A stretch of DNA of 64,000 nucleotides from Eledone cirrhosa (lineage: Eukaryota). The DNA is taken from NCBI GenBank assembly GCA_964016885.1, contig OZ024743.1, positions 166,780,001 to 166,844,000 of the forward strand, read 5' to 3'. This document shows, in pieces, positions 62,320-64,000 of this stretch (position 1 is the first letter of the stretch; each line of letters starts with the position of its first letter). Made by a program: the position numbers and the translations under genes. Below the pieces are notes generated by a model. It was not told the origin of the DNA. It worked only from the letters and a program-made list of their open reading frames with translations, and made no database searches.

Positions 62320-62914
62320 TCCGACCTCACACGCTTACACCTCTCCAAGACAATGTCACTGGACCGAGACCTTTGGCGGTACTCAGTAATAGAGAAGACC
62401 CGCCTTACCTAAATACAAAGTAAAAACCTACTACAGTCAGTAGGCATCTCTATCAAAACACCGCCCCGTCCCACCACCTCCACCCCATCCACACCGCCCC
62501 TTTCAATGTACAGTTATGTTGGTCCCACAACATCCAGGCCGAAACAAATGAGATCGTGTAGGTGTCACGACAAAAAACACACAGTCCACGCTGTAAATGT
62601 GGCCGTGTAGGCAACACGGTAAAAACCTCCCAGCCCCACACTGTAAATGTGGTTGGTGTTAGGAAGGGCATCCAGCTGTAGTAAACCCGCCAGACAGTCC
62701 ACGCTGTAATGTGGCCGTGTAGGCAACACGGTAAAAACCTCCCAGCCCCACACTGTAAATGTGGTTGGTGTTAGGAAGGGCATCCAACTGTAGAAAACCC
62801 GCCAGACAGTCCTATGCGAGCAAGACAACCACTCTTGCCTCAAGTGGGAAAACCCCCGTCCAAACCCATGCAAGCGTGGAACACGGACGCTAAACCTGAT
62901 GATGATGATGATGA
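62320..62914 (+). mobile_element. RTE 3' end with about 117-bp tandem duplication in the UTR
   Basis: About 62581-62693 repeats at about 62694-62811; tail CCCATGCAAGCGTGG..GGACGCTAAAC..(GAT)n. Confidence 0.8.
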
Positions 62915-62931
62915 TAGTAATAATAATAAAT

Positions 62932-63090
62932 GTGAAGACTAAAATCCAAAGAGGGCTCGATAAGGATAAATATATATCAAATATATAAGAACCCTAGAGC
63001 AAATATTTATTAAAAGAAGATCCCGTTAAGGGTGAAAGCAGCGATTCTTTGTTTAAATTTTTATCTGTTATTTTAATAAATATATATATA
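62932..63090. repeat. Rearranged copy of the repeat at window positions 1-145 (likely a PLE terminus)
   Basis: 62932-63013 is inverted relative to about 66-145; about 63035-63085 is direct relative to about 28-78. Confidence 0.75.
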
Positions 63091-63677
63091 TATACACATA
63101 TATCTATTAATGAGTGTATGTTCTTTTGAATAATTTTCAAATAGGCTTTGTAGCTGGTAAACCCAACCCTAACAGGACACAACTCTAGCTGGGATCTCGG
63201 AAGCTAATAAATAGTGTTTTATAACTCATGTGGTGACTACTGCCTTCAACTCTGGTCGAGACTTTCTGTAAAATTCTTAATTTCGAAAATATTTGACTTT
63301 CTGCTAAAATTCTTAATTTCGAAAATCGATTGAAAATATTTAGGTCATGACTTAATTTCGAAAATTCATTATAATTGTGTGTGTATGTGTATATGCAAAT
63401 GTATACAATTATATGTATAAGTATATAAATATAATTACACATACACACACATAGCTGTGAGAATGAGTGTGTTGAAAAAATGTTTTTTCGTTGTAGCGAC
63501 GAAATTTGGCTGCTTGGGTTTCAATTTTCGTTCGTTGTAAGGAATTTTGTTATTAGGCGATTCTTTTATCGTTGTTTTAATAAGCTTGTGGCCAGGGATT
63601 GAAAAAATTTTGTTATAATGGTATTGGTTATAACAGAATTTTACCTGTATAAATATATATACACACACACACGCACA

Positions 63678-63850
63678 TGAAGGTCAGCTGAAAAGTTCAT
63701 GGAATGACCAAATGAGGTTTATTTTTCAACATAATCCCTGGAAAGAAACAATGCAGTTATTAAGAAGAGTTCAAATAAATGCATGCACAATTTCACAGTT
63801 CTAGCATCACTCCTTCATAGTCAGCCTATGAACATTTCAGCCTAATGTGT
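63678..63850. mobile_element. Mariner-like MITE
   Basis: GCTGAAAAGTTCATGGAATGAC ... GTCAGCCTATGAACATTTCAGC degenerate TIRs. Confidence 0.55.
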
Positions 63851-64000
63851 ATATATATATACACACACATACATATATCCTTTTCAACCTTTGCTACTAG
63901 GGAAAATAAAAATGAAACAAGGATTGATTTGTACCATTTTTTATTTTTATTTTTTCATCTTTATGTAATTCACCAAAAGACACAACTAATCTGGTGTCTC

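Larger units (their letters stand above)
61034..63647. mobile_element. Tigger/pogo-like non-autonomous element enclosing several nested insertions
   Basis: TA|CAGTAAAATTCCGCTATAAC ... GTTATAACAGAATTTTACCTG|TA, with subterminal (C)GTTATAAC-like repeats. Confidence 0.6.

Overview
AT-rich, microsatellite-dense animal genomic DNA. The SINE and RTE families look like those of coleoid cephalopods such as Octopus (inference). No host gene is recognisable; almost the whole window is nested, mostly decayed transposable elements. (1) At least nine Penelope-like element (PLE; RT plus C-terminal GIY-YIG) insertions from about seven families, Neptune-like and Hydra-like, mostly abutting (TA)n tracts and several with inverted pseudo-LTRs. 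(2) Many RTE-clade LINE fragments whose ORF2 carries a PHD-type finger. (3) A CR1/L2-like LINE interrupted by a single-LTR CsRN1-type Gypsy element with a tRNA-Trp PBS and a -1 frameshift cassette. (4) A full-length Academ transposon with TIRs and a TTA TSD, disrupted by a SINE. (5) A DD37D maT mariner, nested Helitrons, Tigger/mariner MITEs, tRNA-SINEs and an L1/Tx1-like 3' end on (GATA)n. The most striking unannotated signal is a set of type-I hammerhead ribozyme motifs, one near the 3' end of nearly every PLE family. They include a structurally near-perfect solo hammerhead between TA tracts and several variants whose non-canonical cores are shared between copies. Most short ORFs in the supplied track are microsatellite or antisense artefacts. 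All alignments and folds were done by eye.
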